A DNA stretch of 64,000 nt, from assembly GCA_034679465.1 (NCBI GenBank), contig JAXDAV010000032.1:59247-123246 (forward strand), written 5' to 3'. The DNA is from Candidatus Aminicenantes bacterium (GTDB lineage Bacteria; Acidobacteriota; Aminicenantia; Aminicenantales; Saccharicenantaceae). The notes beneath the pieces were generated by a model. It saw nothing but the letters and a program-made list of their open reading frames with translations, was not told the DNA's origin and ran no database searches. A program made the position numbers and the translations under genes. Below are positions 1 through 8,907 of this stretch, piece after piece (within the stretch, counting starts at the first letter, position 1; each line of letters begins with the position of its first letter).

Positions 1-68
1 GCATCGCGGACTACTCGCAGATCGTCGTCGAAGGGGAGAAGGCGGCCAAGCCGAAGGGATCGCGCTAG
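1..68 (+). CDS. 3' end of an unidentified CDS (partial, ...IADYSQIVVEGEKAAKPKGSR*)
   Basis: Open frame 3 runs to TAG at 66-68 with high GC3 codons. Only 22 codons are visible. Confidence 0.25.
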   Translation, partial: IADYSQIVVEGEKAAKPKGSR

Positions 69-78
69 GCCCGGGGGA

Positions 79-501
79 TCATCCGGCCTGAGCTTGTCCG
101 GCCGGCGCTTCCGGTTCCACGAACTTCACTTCCAAGGCCACGAGCTTCGTCAGGACCTGGGGGACATTCTGTCCCCTCTCGAGGCCGTAGGGATTGAACT
201 GCACGCCGGCCTGGTATTTGTAGCTCTGGCCGGCGTTGAACGCCGACCAGCGCACCCGGCCCCGGAGATCGAGCGGCACCCGCTCGCCGGGGACCGACAG
301 CTGGAGCCAGATCCTGGACTTGAATTTCAGAGGCTTCCGGGTCAGGAAGCGGACGCCGCCGCGGCTGAGGTCGAGGACCGGGCAGAACTCCTCGTCGACC
401 CCGGCCTTGGACGAGAAGAGCCTCTCCCTTCGGTAGGAAACGGTCGCCCCGGGGATCTTGAACCGCTGACAGAGACGTCTTTCGACTTCCTTTTCGGCCA
501 T
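79..501 (-). CDS. PilZ domain protein (c-di-GMP binding)
   Basis: RxxxR (QRFKIPGATVSYRRER) followed by DLSRGG matches the PilZ RxxxR...D/NxSxGG motif. Start taken at the internal ATG (MAEKEVERR), not the upstream ATG at 552. Confidence 0.6.
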   Translation of the reverse strand: MAEKEVERRLCQRFKIPGATVSYRRERLFSSKAGVDEEFCPVLDLSRGGVRFLTRKPLKFKSRIWLQLSVPGERVPLDLRGRVRWSAFNAGQSYKYQAGVQFNPYGLERGQNVPQVLTKLVALEVKFVEPEAPAGQAQAG

Positions 502-576
502 TCGGGTCCTCCGTAAGGGATGCCTCCACTTGCTCGAAGGTATACCAAACACCGGACGCGGAAGTCAAATCGGGGC

Positions 577-1650
577 CTATTCCTCGAGGATGACGGCCCT
601 CGCCGGGGGAAGCGAAAGCGAGGCCCGGGCGGAAACGGAGCTGCCGCCCGAGGTGGTCCGGGCGTAGGCGAAAGACAGGACGCTGACCTTCTGATAGGAA
701 GGCGGCAGGGGCCTCGGCGGCTTCTTGGCTATGAGGTCTTTGATCGCTTTGTAGGCCAGGGCCAGGGCGTCGACGATGTTGACCCCGCTGGCCATGGGGT
801 CGTTCTTCGGCGGCGGCATGTACGGCTTCTGGCCCTGCATGAGCGGCCCGCCGAGGGGGAAGGTGAACGCGGCCGGAGTGGCGGCGATCTTGCGGCTGCG
901 CAAGACCAGCTTGCCGTCGATATAGAGGGAGATCTCGCCCTCCCGGACCGGGTTCGACGGCGTGGCCGGGCGCGGCGAGAACAAGTCCTGGGACGACGGT
1001 CCGGCCGGCTGGGCCATGTCGACGATGTCGACGTGGAGGCGGATCGGCTTGCGGCAGATGATATCGCCGGCTTTGAGATCGAGGATGAACTCGTAGGTGT
1101 CCGTGCGATCGAAGAGCCCGCGCAGGGGTATGGTCAGGATGTGAAAGCCCTTCGGCCAGTGGCCCCCCTCGAGGACGTAGGGACCGAGCGAGATCCGGTA
1201 GAACGCCTCGTTCAGGAGCTCGAGACCGACGTCGACCGAAGCCGGAAGGCCGGTCGCCGGCGTCCTGGCGTAGGAGAGGAGGTTGAGATCGTAGACCAGG
1301 GGATAGACCCGCTTCCAGGAGGCCCAGAAGCTGAGGAGGCCGCGGATGGCGTATTCGTTGAGAAAGCCGAAGTCGGGGTCGTTGTCGAGATAGGTCTCGA
1401 AATAGTCCGCGGTCAGGGCCCTTTCGGCCGCCCGGTCGCCCAGCTTGGAGGCGAGGAAAGGCAGGATGAACGCCGCGGCCTGCCTGTCTTCCGCTTCGAG
1501 ATTTTTGGACTCCTCGGAGAGGTAATCCCAGGCGGCCCGGTAGTCGGGAGCGCGGCCGAGGAGCGAACTCAGCTCCTGCTTCCAGTCCGCCCGCAGAGAG
1601 GCGGCGACGGCGAGGAGGACGGCCAGGGCAACCGCGAATCTTCTAATCAT
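577..1650 (-). CDS. secreted hypothetical protein (N-terminal signal peptide)
   Basis: N-terminus MIRRFAVALAVLLAVAASLRA looks like a signal peptide. No recognisable catalytic motif. Its start overlaps the upstream TonB gene by 8 nt (1643-1650). Confidence 0.55.
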   Translation of the reverse strand: MIRRFAVALAVLLAVAASLRADWKQELSSLLGRAPDYRAAWDYLSEESKNLEAEDRQAAAFILPFLASKLGDRAAERALTADYFETYLDNDPDFGFLNEYAIRGLLSFWASWKRVYPLVYDLNLLSYARTPATGLPASVDVGLELLNEAFYRISLGPYVLEGGHWPKGFHILTIPLRGLFDRTDTYEFILDLKAGDIICRKPIRLHVDIVDMAQPAGPSSQDLFSPRPATPSNPVREGEISLYIDGKLVLRSRKIAATPAAFTFPLGGPLMQGQKPYMPPPKNDPMASGVNIVDALALAYKAIKDLIAKKPPRPLPPSYQKVSVLSFAYARTTSGGSSVSARASLSLPPARAVILEE

Positions 1651-2584
1651 TGTAGACGAACTCGAAGGTTATCTCGAGGAGGTCGCCGGGGAAATCGGCG
1701 GGCAGGGCGGGGAAGGGGAGCGAGGCCCGGAGGGCTTCGAGCGCGGACCGGTCGAGGAGCTCGAGGCTGGTCCCTTCGAGGATCTCGATCGAATCGAGCT
1801 CGCCGGTCTTCTTGATGACGACGATCATGCTGATCTTGGCCGCTTGGGGGACCTCCGGCACGGAGGGCAGGGTCCAGTTGACCTGCAGCCGGTCGATGAC
1901 GGACGTGGCCCACGGCAGAAGATCGTAGTCCTTGATGGGGATGGACATCCCGACCCGCTGGCGTCCGCCGCCGCCGCCGCTGCCCGATCCCCGGCCGCCG
2001 GTCCCGGGGCCGTATCCGCCCACGCCCCCGGGATAGGCGCCCCGGCTGTATTTCGAAAAATCAGGGAGGGGGGCCCCGCCGCCGATCCCGGGAGGGCCGG
2101 GAGGCGTTCCCGGCGGGGCGAGGGGGATGGTCAGGTCTGATTTGCCGTGCGTGGTGATCGACTCCCGGAACTTGGAAGACAGGGAGGGGATGGCGGAACC
2201 GGAGCCCGGGGGCGGGACGAGCCAACCAGCGCCCGGGATGGCATCCCCCGGGGCGAGCGTCTGCTCGGGCGCGGCTTCCGGGCCCGGCTCGGGCTCCGCC
2301 GGGCGCTTGGCCTCCGGGCCGGGCCCGGCGGGCCCCTGCGGTCCCGGAACGTCGGCGAGGCCCCGGCCTCCGACGATCCGGGGGATGCTCACCCCGAGGG
2401 GCGGAACGATGACGACCGAGCGGACCTCCTCCTTCCCGACGGGCAGGATCTTGACCGTGAACCGGCCGTAATAGACGAGCACGCCCAGGAGGGCATGAAA
2501 GAGCAGAGTGACGATGAGACCGAGGGCCCGATCGCGGCGCGACAAGGAGCTCTTTTCCGGCGGGGAGAGCGGATTCTCTTGCAT
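1643..2584 (-). CDS. tonB: TonB family protein (energy transducer, C-terminal domain)
   Basis: N-terminal TM anchor (LIVTLLFHALLGVLVYY), a long Pro/Gly-rich spacer, and a C-terminal TonB-like fold (...SIEILEGTSLELLDRSALEALRASLPFPALP...). Confidence 0.7.
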   Translation of the reverse strand: MQENPLSPPEKSSLSRRDRALGLIVTLLFHALLGVLVYYGRFTVKILPVGKEEVRSVVIVPPLGVSIPRIVGGRGLADVPGPQGPAGPGPEAKRPAEPEPGPEAAPEQTLAPGDAIPGAGWLVPPPGSGSAIPSLSSKFRESITTHGKSDLTIPLAPPGTPPGPPGIGGGAPLPDFSKYSRGAYPGGVGGYGPGTGGRGSGSGGGGGRQRVGMSIPIKDYDLLPWATSVIDRLQVNWTLPSVPEVPQAAKISMIVVIKKTGELDSIEILEGTSLELLDRSALEALRASLPFPALPADFPGDLLEITFEFVYND

Positions 2585-2646
2585 GGCTATCGGACCTGAA
2601 GTCCTATTATATTACAATCCCCGGCCGACCCGAAGAGTTGCGGGCG

Positions 2647-4821
2647 TCAGCGTCGGGCGACGGAAACGAGGTAGAGGAAGCAGGCGGCGTTGAGGAGGGT
2701 CAGGCGGAGGAGAAGCGCCGGGATTCCGAACAGGGGGATGATCAGGCCCGAGGCGAGGATGACGCCGGCGAACGAAGCCAGCAGGTCGATGCCGTAACCG
2801 AGGCCGGGATGGGGCGTCCCGGGGAGGAGGCGCCTGTTGGCCGAGACGAAAAGGGCCCCCGAAAGGACGCCGAAGCCGAAGAGGAGGGCGAAGGGAACGG
2901 GCTCGCCGGTCCCGGCCGAAAGGCTCAGCGAGGTCAGAAGCAAAAGGCCCACGAAGAGGCCCTGGACGACGACCAGGTCCGATCGGCCCGGGCGCTTTCT
3001 CGAGCGGGCCGCGAACGATCCGATGACCAGTCCGGCCATGAACAGGGCCAGGAGAAGGGGGATCTTTCCGTAGACGAAACCGAAGCGGGACTGAATGACG
3101 ATGAAGACGGCCAGCTCGACGGCCATCGACGTGAAGCCCATGACCGCCACCGGGATAAGGAACCGGGCCGGCCCTCGCCTTCGGAAGAGCGCGAGAGCGC
3201 CGAGCCCGAGGGCGAAGAGCCCGAGCGGAGCGTCGAGGAGCCAGGCCGGGCCGATGCGGCCCGCGGCCCGGAGGAGCCCGGCTTCGAAGCCGCGGAACTG
3301 GGCCGCCCACAGGACGGCATGGAAATAGTAGCTCACCGGGACGAGGTCGCGGTTGATCCTGGCCCCGGGTGCGGACAGCTTGCCGGCGAGATATTCGAGG
3401 CGGGCCGGATCGAGGCGGGCCGGGAGCATGCCGGGGCTGACGAAGCGCAGGCCCAGGCCGAGCCGGTCGACGGCCTCCGAGAGCCGCGCGGGATCGACGG
3501 TGAGGGGGCCGTCGGAGGCCAGGAAGACGCAGTTCGCGCCGGGCACGGCCCGGACCTCGGGGAAGACGCCCCGAAGGGTGGCCGCGAGCGAGCTCAGGAA
3601 CTGGGCGAGAGGCTCGCTGATGTAATTCTCGGCCGAGGGGACGACGAAGCCGAAGACGCCCCCGGGCGAAAGCCTGTCCCGCGCCTCCAGGAAGAACTCC
3701 CGGGTGTAATACCGGTTGACCTGGGCCGTCGCCGGCGGGGGCAGGCTGAGGAGGATCGCGTCGTAGCGCTCGGCCGTCCGGGCGAGAAAGGCCCGGCCGT
3801 CGCGATGGAAGATGCCGACCCGCGGGTCGTCGAGGGCGGCGCGGTCCGACCCGGTCAGATGCTTCTTCGCCAGCCGGATGACGGCCGGGTCGATCTCGAC
3901 GCAATCGACGCGGATGCCCGGGTGCTTCAGGGCCTCGGCCGCCCCGCCGCTCGCGCCGCCGCCGATCAGCAGGACGCGGCGCGGCCCTTCGCGCTGAAGA
4001 AGCGCGAAGTGGACCGATTCCTCGGCCGCTCCCACGTCCGGGTGGGAAAAGACGGCGATGCCGTTGTCGAAGAAGGTGACCTGCTCCTCGTTCCGGATGA
4101 CCTGGAGCCGGCCGTACGGCGTGTCCTCCGTGTCGACGAGGCTCAGCGGCCGCCAGGCGGCCTTCTGGGCCGGGACGTCCCAAACGGCGATCCCGGCCGC
4201 CAGAGCCAAGGCCAGGGCCGCGGCGAGGGCCGGCTTCGCCCGCACGGGCCTCAGCGTGACCAGGACGGCGATCGCGGCCGCCGCGCCGGCCGCGGCGGCG
4301 CCCTGCCAGTTCGACAGGCGCGGGATGAGCGCGAAGTGAACGACGAGGCCGGCCGCGGCCGCCCCGGCCGATTCGAGCAGGTAGACCGTCGCGACGTCGC
4401 CGCCGAGGAGCCCGGCGTTCAGGGCGAAGGCGTGTCCCAGGGGAAAGCTCAGGAGCAGGCCCAGGGCGAAAGCGAACCCGAGGGCGGGCAAAAGGCCGGT
4501 CAGCTCGGCCGGGAGGATGCCCAAGATCCGATGGGAGAACCTCAAGGCGGCCAGCCCGAGGGCGAAAAGCGCGATCACGAGGCCGTAGAGACCCGCGAGC
4601 CTCGCCGCCCCGCCCGGCTTCCTTCCGGGCTTGATCAGGCTGCCGGCCCCGCCCCAGAAGAGCCAGGCGCCGAGAACGAGGCCGAAGATGAGCTCGTTGC
4701 CCGTGAATTCGGCGCCGAATTCCCTGAGGAGGAAGGCCTGGAAGGCCGTGGCCAGGAAGCCCAGGATGAAAGGCGGCAGCCGGGGGCTCAGGCCCAGATC
4801 CCGGGGATCGGCGTCCCGCAT
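2647..4821 (-). CDS. polytopic membrane protein fused to a spermidine synthase-like (PABS) domain
   Basis: An N-terminal block of hydrophobic helices, then a PABS-like domain (VLLIGGGASGGAAE..VDCVEIDPAVI..DAILLSLPPP), then more TM helices. True start placed at the ATG encoding MRDADPRDL, since the upstream 300 codons of the listed ORF are an Arg-rich artefact overlapping the radical SAM gene. Overlaps the radical SAM gene by 34 nt. Confidence 0.65.
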   Translation of the reverse strand: MRDADPRDLGLSPRLPPFILGFLATAFQAFLLREFGAEFTGNELIFGLVLGAWLFWGGAGSLIKPGRKPGGAARLAGLYGLVIALFALGLAALRFSHRILGILPAELTGLLPALGFAFALGLLLSFPLGHAFALNAGLLGGDVATVYLLESAGAAAAGLVVHFALIPRLSNWQGAAAAGAAAAIAVLVTLRPVRAKPALAAALALALAAGIAVWDVPAQKAAWRPLSLVDTEDTPYGRLQVIRNEEQVTFFDNGIAVFSHPDVGAAEESVHFALLQREGPRRVLLIGGGASGGAAEALKHPGIRVDCVEIDPAVIRLAKKHLTGSDRAALDDPRVGIFHRDGRAFLARTAERYDAILLSLPPPATAQVNRYYTREFFLEARDRLSPGGVFGFVVPSAENYISEPLAQFLSSLAATLRGVFPEVRAVPGANCVFLASDGPLTVDPARLSEAVDRLGLGLRFVSPGMLPARLDPARLEYLAGKLSAPGARINRDLVPVSYYFHAVLWAAQFRGFEAGLLRAAGRIGPAWLLDAPLGLFALGLGALALFRRRGPARFLIPVAVMGFTSMAVELAVFIVIQSRFGFVYGKIPLLLALFMAGLVIGSFAARSRKRPGRSDLVVVQGLFVGLLLLTSLSLSAGTGEPVPFALLFGFGVLSGALFVSANRRLLPGTPHPGLGYGIDLLASFAGVILASGLIIPLFGIPALLLRLTLLNAACFLYLVSVARR

Positions 4822-5912
4822 GTCGCGCACTTGCCCTTTTTGAGCCCGCCGGCCTCGACGCTGTATCCGGTCCTGCGGATGACCTCCTTGCCGCAACCGG
4901 GGCAGTACGTGTTCTCGCCCTCGTGGCCGGGGATGTTGCCGACGTAGACGAAGCGCAGGCCCTCCTCGAGCGCGACGCGACGGGCCGCCTCGAGCGTGGA
5001 CACGGGCGTGGGAGGCAGGTTCTTGACCAGGTACATCGGATGGAAGCGGGTGAAATGGAGCGGGACGCGGGCGCCGGCCTCGTCCCCGATCCAGCGGCAC
5101 ATGTCGCGGATGACGTCCATCCTGTCGTTCAGCGTCGGGATGACCAGGTAGACGATCTCGAGCCAGACCTTGGACCGGGCCACGGTCCGGATGGTCTCCA
5201 GCACGGGCTCGAGGCCGCCCCGCACGTACTCGGCGTAGAACGTCTCCGTGAATCCCTTGAGATCGACCTTGACGGCGTCGACGACTTCCAAGAGGTCGGT
5301 GAGCGGTCCGGGGTTGATGTGGCCGCCGGTCACCACGACGCTGCGGACGCCCCTGCGCCTGGCCTGAACGGCCGTATCGTACATGTACTCGAAGAAGACG
5401 ATCGGTTCCGAATAGGTGTAGGCGATCGAGGGACAGCGGGACGCGGCGGCCCGGGCGGCCGCGGCTTCGGGGGCCAGGTCGAAGGCCTCGATCTGCTCGG
5501 GCCGGACCTGGGAGATCTCCCAGTTCTGGCAGAACCTGCAGTTCACGTTGCATCCGGCCGTGGCCAGGGACAGGGCCGGCGTGCCCGGCAGGACATGATA
5601 GAAGGGCTTCTTTTCGATGGGGTCGATGTTGAGACTGCAGACCTTGCCGTAGACGAGCGTGTAGTAGGCGCCGCCGATGTTCTCCCGGACGCCGCAATAC
5701 CCCCGTTCCTTGTCGCCGAGCCGGCAGAGCCTGGGGCAGAGCCGGCATTCGATCTCCCGGTCGGGGAGCTTGGCGTAGTAGCGGGCCTCAACGCGGGAGA
5801 GATTCGGCCCGGACGCGGCCGCCTCCAGGCGGCGCCCGACCGCGGGCAGGCCGCCGCCCAGGACCAGGCCGGCGCCCGCGGCGCCGCCGCGCAGGAAGCT
5901 CCGCCTGTTCAT
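4788..5912 (-). CDS. radical SAM enzyme, AmmeMemoRadiSam (AmrS/TIGR04337-like) type, with N-terminal twin-arginine signal
   Basis: CNVNCRFCQNW is a Cx3Cx2C radical SAM cluster motif. N-terminal CRLCPRLC...YCGVREN...DPIEKKPFYHVLPGT is typical of AmrS-type enzymes. The first 40 aa (MNRRSFLRGGAAGAGLVLGGGLPAVGRRLEAAAS) form a canonical Tat signal. No alternative in-frame ATG/GTG/TTG start lies downstream. The ATG overlaps the DUF362 stop (ATGA). Confidence 0.8.
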   Translation of the reverse strand: MNRRSFLRGGAAGAGLVLGGGLPAVGRRLEAAASGPNLSRVEARYYAKLPDREIECRLCPRLCRLGDKERGYCGVRENIGGAYYTLVYGKVCSLNIDPIEKKPFYHVLPGTPALSLATAGCNVNCRFCQNWEISQVRPEQIEAFDLAPEAAAARAAASRCPSIAYTYSEPIVFFEYMYDTAVQARRRGVRSVVVTGGHINPGPLTDLLEVVDAVKVDLKGFTETFYAEYVRGGLEPVLETIRTVARSKVWLEIVYLVIPTLNDRMDVIRDMCRWIGDEAGARVPLHFTRFHPMYLVKNLPPTPVSTLEAARRVALEEGLRFVYVGNIPGHEGENTYCPGCGKEVIRRTGYSVEAGGLKKGKCATCGTPIPGIWA

Positions 5913-6793
5913 TCGACCGTCTCCTCGACCGTCTCGATCGATTCCGGGTCGGCGGCGCCGAGGCCCATCTTTGCGGCCGTCCGGAGATAGCCCGGGGCCC
6001 GGCCCTCTTCCCGGAGGGTCGGCAGTCCCGCGGCCCCGCGGAGCCGCTCGACAATGGACCAGCCGACGGCGTCGGCGGCCACGGGATCGAGGCTGAAGAC
6101 GAGGCCCCCGAACTTGCCGGCCCAGCGGGCATGATACGACGGGCCTCTATGGAACTGGACGACGAGGGCGTCGAGGACGGTCAGGCGGTGCTTGGATTTG
6201 ACCGGCGGCGCGTCGAAGACCTCGGCGACGAAGGGATCACAGCGGCCGTCGTGATACTTGTTCGGATTGTGGATGGCCCCGAAGTAGTTCTTCAGGCCCC
6301 CCGTCACGCCGGCCAGACCATGGTCCTTGAGGATGGCCAGGCTGATCGAGGCCGTGACGAGCTCGGTCTGGATCTTCGAAAAGAGGCTCCCCACGCCGAG
6401 GTGGGCGACGAGGTCCGGTCCGTAACCGACGCCGTCCGCGTCCGTGCCGAAGACCTTGATCCCGTTCCGGGCGGCGGTGACGGCGTAGCCGGCGTCCCGG
6501 AGCTCCCGCGTCGTCCGGTCCCAGACGAAGAGGTTCTTCTCGGCGAGGCCGTTGCGGCCGAGCCACCCGGCGAGGGACAGGGCGACCTCGGGCCGGGTGC
6601 TGAGGGCCCGGCCGCCGATGGTGTTGACCTTGATGCCGACGCGGTCGTCCGGCCGGAAGAGCCCCGGGCCGCCGCCGAGGAGGGCGAGCCCCCGGGCGAA
6701 CAGGCGGTCGACGACCGCCCGGTCGGGATCGCCGCCGGGCCTCCAGGCGCGCTCCGAGCGGACGACGACGACGCGCGATCTGGCCATGGTCAT
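5909..6793 (-). CDS. DUF362 domain protein
   Basis: Central ...AILKDHGLAGVTGGLKNYFGAIHNPNKYHDG... resembles DUF362 family members. Start taken at MTMARSRVVVV rather than the Arg-rich upstream extension. 4-nt overlap with the downstream radical SAM gene. Confidence 0.6.
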   Translation of the reverse strand: MTMARSRVVVVRSERAWRPGGDPDRAVVDRLFARGLALLGGGPGLFRPDDRVGIKVNTIGGRALSTRPEVALSLAGWLGRNGLAEKNLFVWDRTTRELRDAGYAVTAARNGIKVFGTDADGVGYGPDLVAHLGVGSLFSKIQTELVTASISLAILKDHGLAGVTGGLKNYFGAIHNPNKYHDGRCDPFVAEVFDAPPVKSKHRLTVLDALVVQFHRGPSYHARWAGKFGGLVFSLDPVAADAVGWSIVERLRGAAGLPTLREEGRAPGYLRTAAKMGLGAADPESIETVEETVE

Positions 6794-6918
6794 CCCATGA
6801 TGGGCCTTTTGGCGGGGCCTGTCAACCGAGCCCGGGGGACGACGAGGGGGGCGGCGGCTTGCCAAGAGCGGTCCCCTCCGTTATAGTAACAGGGTATTCA
6901 CCGGCCCGGAGGTTGAGG

Positions 6919-7848
6919 ATGACAAGCGCGCTTCATCAGAGGGTCCCGGCCGTCGCGGCGGTCCTGGCGGTCCTTGTCTTTCCGGCGCCGGCGGCCGTCC
7001 CCCAGGCGCGCCCGGCCAGCCCCGAGCTGGCCGCCCTGGCCCCCAGGCTCGAGTCCTGGACGGCGTCGACCGCCCCCCGGAGCTACTTCCCCGATGACCT
7101 GTTCGAGTACATCAACGGCGCGGCCGAGAGCTACCTGAGCTACGATTTCCGCGAGCTGCTTGTCGTCGACCTCGAAAGGGCGGGCGCCGAGGCCACGCTG
7201 ACGCTGGAGATCTACGACATGGGGCTTCCCCTCAACGCCTTCGGCATCTTCGCGGCCGAGCGCTATCCCGAGAACAAGGTCGTGCCCGTCGGCGAGCTGG
7301 GCTACGTCGAGGGCGAGGCCCTGAACTTCCTCGCCGGCCGGTTCTACGTGAAGATGCTGGCCTTCGGTCTCGGCGAGGCCACGGAGGCGTCCCTCGTCGA
7401 GGCCGCGGCCAAGGTGGCCGGCGGCATCAAGTCTGAGGGCCTGCTCCCGGCGCTCGTCCTGGCCTTTCCCCAAGACGGCCTCGTCGCCCGGAGCGAGCGC
7501 TACATCAAGCGCAACTTCATGGGCTACGAGTTCCTCCATGACGGCTATGTCGCGACGTACGGATCGGGCGGCCGAGAGATCGAGGGCTTCTTCATCGACG
7601 GGGGCACGGAGGCCGAGGCCCAGGGGATGCTGCCGAGGCTCCTGGACGCCCTGGCCGCGGACGGCCAGGCTGTGGAGAAGATCCCGTCCGGCCATCACGC
7701 CCGGAACCGCTACGGCCGGCACCTCTTCATCGCCCGGGTCGGGGCCGTGCTCTGCGGCGCCATGCGCGTCCCCGACGGCCTCGAAGCGGCCGGGCGATCG
7801 CTTCTCGAGTCGACGGCCGCCGCCCTGAAGGGGGGCCGCCCGAAATAG
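6919..7848 (+). CDS. secreted hypothetical protein
   Basis: Start at ATG 6919 (MTSALHQRVPAVAAVLAVLVFPAPAAVPQA looks like a signal peptide) with GGAGG about 8 nt upstream. No recognisable motif. Confidence 0.55.
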   Translation: MTSALHQRVPAVAAVLAVLVFPAPAAVPQARPASPELAALAPRLESWTASTAPRSYFPDDLFEYINGAAESYLSYDFRELLVVDLERAGAEATLTLEIYDMGLPLNAFGIFAAERYPENKVVPVGELGYVEGEALNFLAGRFYVKMLAFGLGEATEASLVEAAAKVAGGIKSEGLLPALVLAFPQDGLVARSERYIKRNFMGYEFLHDGYVATYGSGGREIEGFFIDGGTEAEAQGMLPRLLDALAADGQAVEKIPSGHHARNRYGRHLFIARVGAVLCGAMRVPDGLEAAGRSLLESTAAALKGGRPK

Positions 7849-7875
7849 GGGAGCCGGCCGGGAGTCGGAGGCGAC

Positions 7876-8889
7876 ATGGACGAGGACAGGTACTTCAAGG
7901 CCGCGCTCGCGGTCGTCCTCCTCTTCATCGCCGGCTTCGTCCTGAAGCTGGCCCGGCCGGTCCTGATCCCGTTCATCCTGGCCGTCTTCCTCTCCTACCT
8001 CGTCGACCCCGCGCTGACCTTCCTCACCCGCTGCCGCTGTCCGCGGCCGGGGGCCGTGGTCGCGGTCCTGGCGATGATGTTCGTCTTCCTCTATCTCGCC
8101 GGCGTCCTCGTCTATTCGAGCGGCAAGGCCTTCGTGGCCGAGCTGCCGAAGTACCAGGAGCGGATCGGGGACCTGGTCCGGCTCATCGAATCCGGCCTGG
8201 GCCCGTTCCGGATCGACGTGCCCGCGGCCCTGAGCGGGCTCGACGCCAATCGGGTCGGCACGGCCGTGGTCAAAGCCATCGGCCCGTTCTTCGAACTTCT
8301 CGGCAAGCTCCTGCTCGTCTTCCTCTTCCTCGTCTTTATCGTGGCCGGGCGGGGCCGGGCCGAGAGGAAATTCCCCAGGGCCGTCGGCGACGGCAAGGCC
8401 GGCCGCGTCCGCGGCATCGTCGAGCGCATCAACGTCCAGGTCCGCAAATACCTGATCATCAAGACGGGGGCCAGCCTGGTCAACGGGCTGATGGTCTATG
8501 CGGTCCTGAGCCTCTTCGGCGTCGATTTCGCCCTCCTCTTCGGCCTCGTCGCCTTCCTGCTGAACTTCATCCCCAGCATCGGCTCGCTCCTGGCCGCGAT
8601 CCTGCGCGTCGGGTTTGCCTTCTTCCAGTTCGGCACCTTCTGGACGCCGTTCTGGATCCTGGTCATCACCGTCGGCCTCGACACGATCATGGGCGATTTC
8701 GTCGAGCCGCGGGTCATGGGCAAGGGGCTGGGGCTCAGCCCTCTGCTCGTCTTCTTCTCCCTGCTCTTCTGGGGCTGGCTCTGGGGCATCCCCGGCATGA
8801 TCCTTTCGGTGCCCCTGACGGCGGTCATCAAGATCGTCTGCCAGAACATCCCGTCGCTCAAGCCGGTGGCCGTGCTGATGGGGCCGTGA
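7876..8889 (+). CDS. AI-2E family transporter (UPF0118/PerM-like)
   Basis: About eight TM helices with the characteristic C-terminal ...GIPGMILSVPLTAVIKIV... motif of AI-2E transporters. Confidence 0.75.
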   Translation: MDEDRYFKAALAVVLLFIAGFVLKLARPVLIPFILAVFLSYLVDPALTFLTRCRCPRPGAVVAVLAMMFVFLYLAGVLVYSSGKAFVAELPKYQERIGDLVRLIESGLGPFRIDVPAALSGLDANRVGTAVVKAIGPFFELLGKLLLVFLFLVFIVAGRGRAERKFPRAVGDGKAGRVRGIVERINVQVRKYLIIKTGASLVNGLMVYAVLSLFGVDFALLFGLVAFLLNFIPSIGSLLAAILRVGFAFFQFGTFWTPFWILVITVGLDTIMGDFVEPRVMGKGLGLSPLLVFFSLLFWGWLWGIPGMILSVPLTAVIKIVCQNIPSLKPVAVLMGP

Positions 8890-8907
8890 GGGCGGCCGGG
8901 GACGCCG

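Noticed and set aside
2612-4947. Long Arg/Gly/Pro/Glu-rich ORFs (523 aa on the minus strand, 769 aa on the plus strand) overlapping the membrane/spermidine-synthase gene
   Set aside because: They have low-complexity R/G/P/E composition typical of alternative frames in 70% GC DNA. The same-region 2647-4821 frame encodes coherent TM helices and a PABS domain.
5790-5912. The Tat-like N-terminus of the radical SAM enzyme as a simple start-codon mis-call
   Set aside because: I checked every in-frame codon between the ATG and the conserved AmrS N-terminus and found no ATG, GTG or TTG. The ATG is coupled to the upstream stop. The extension is therefore kept as probably real and reported as a finding.
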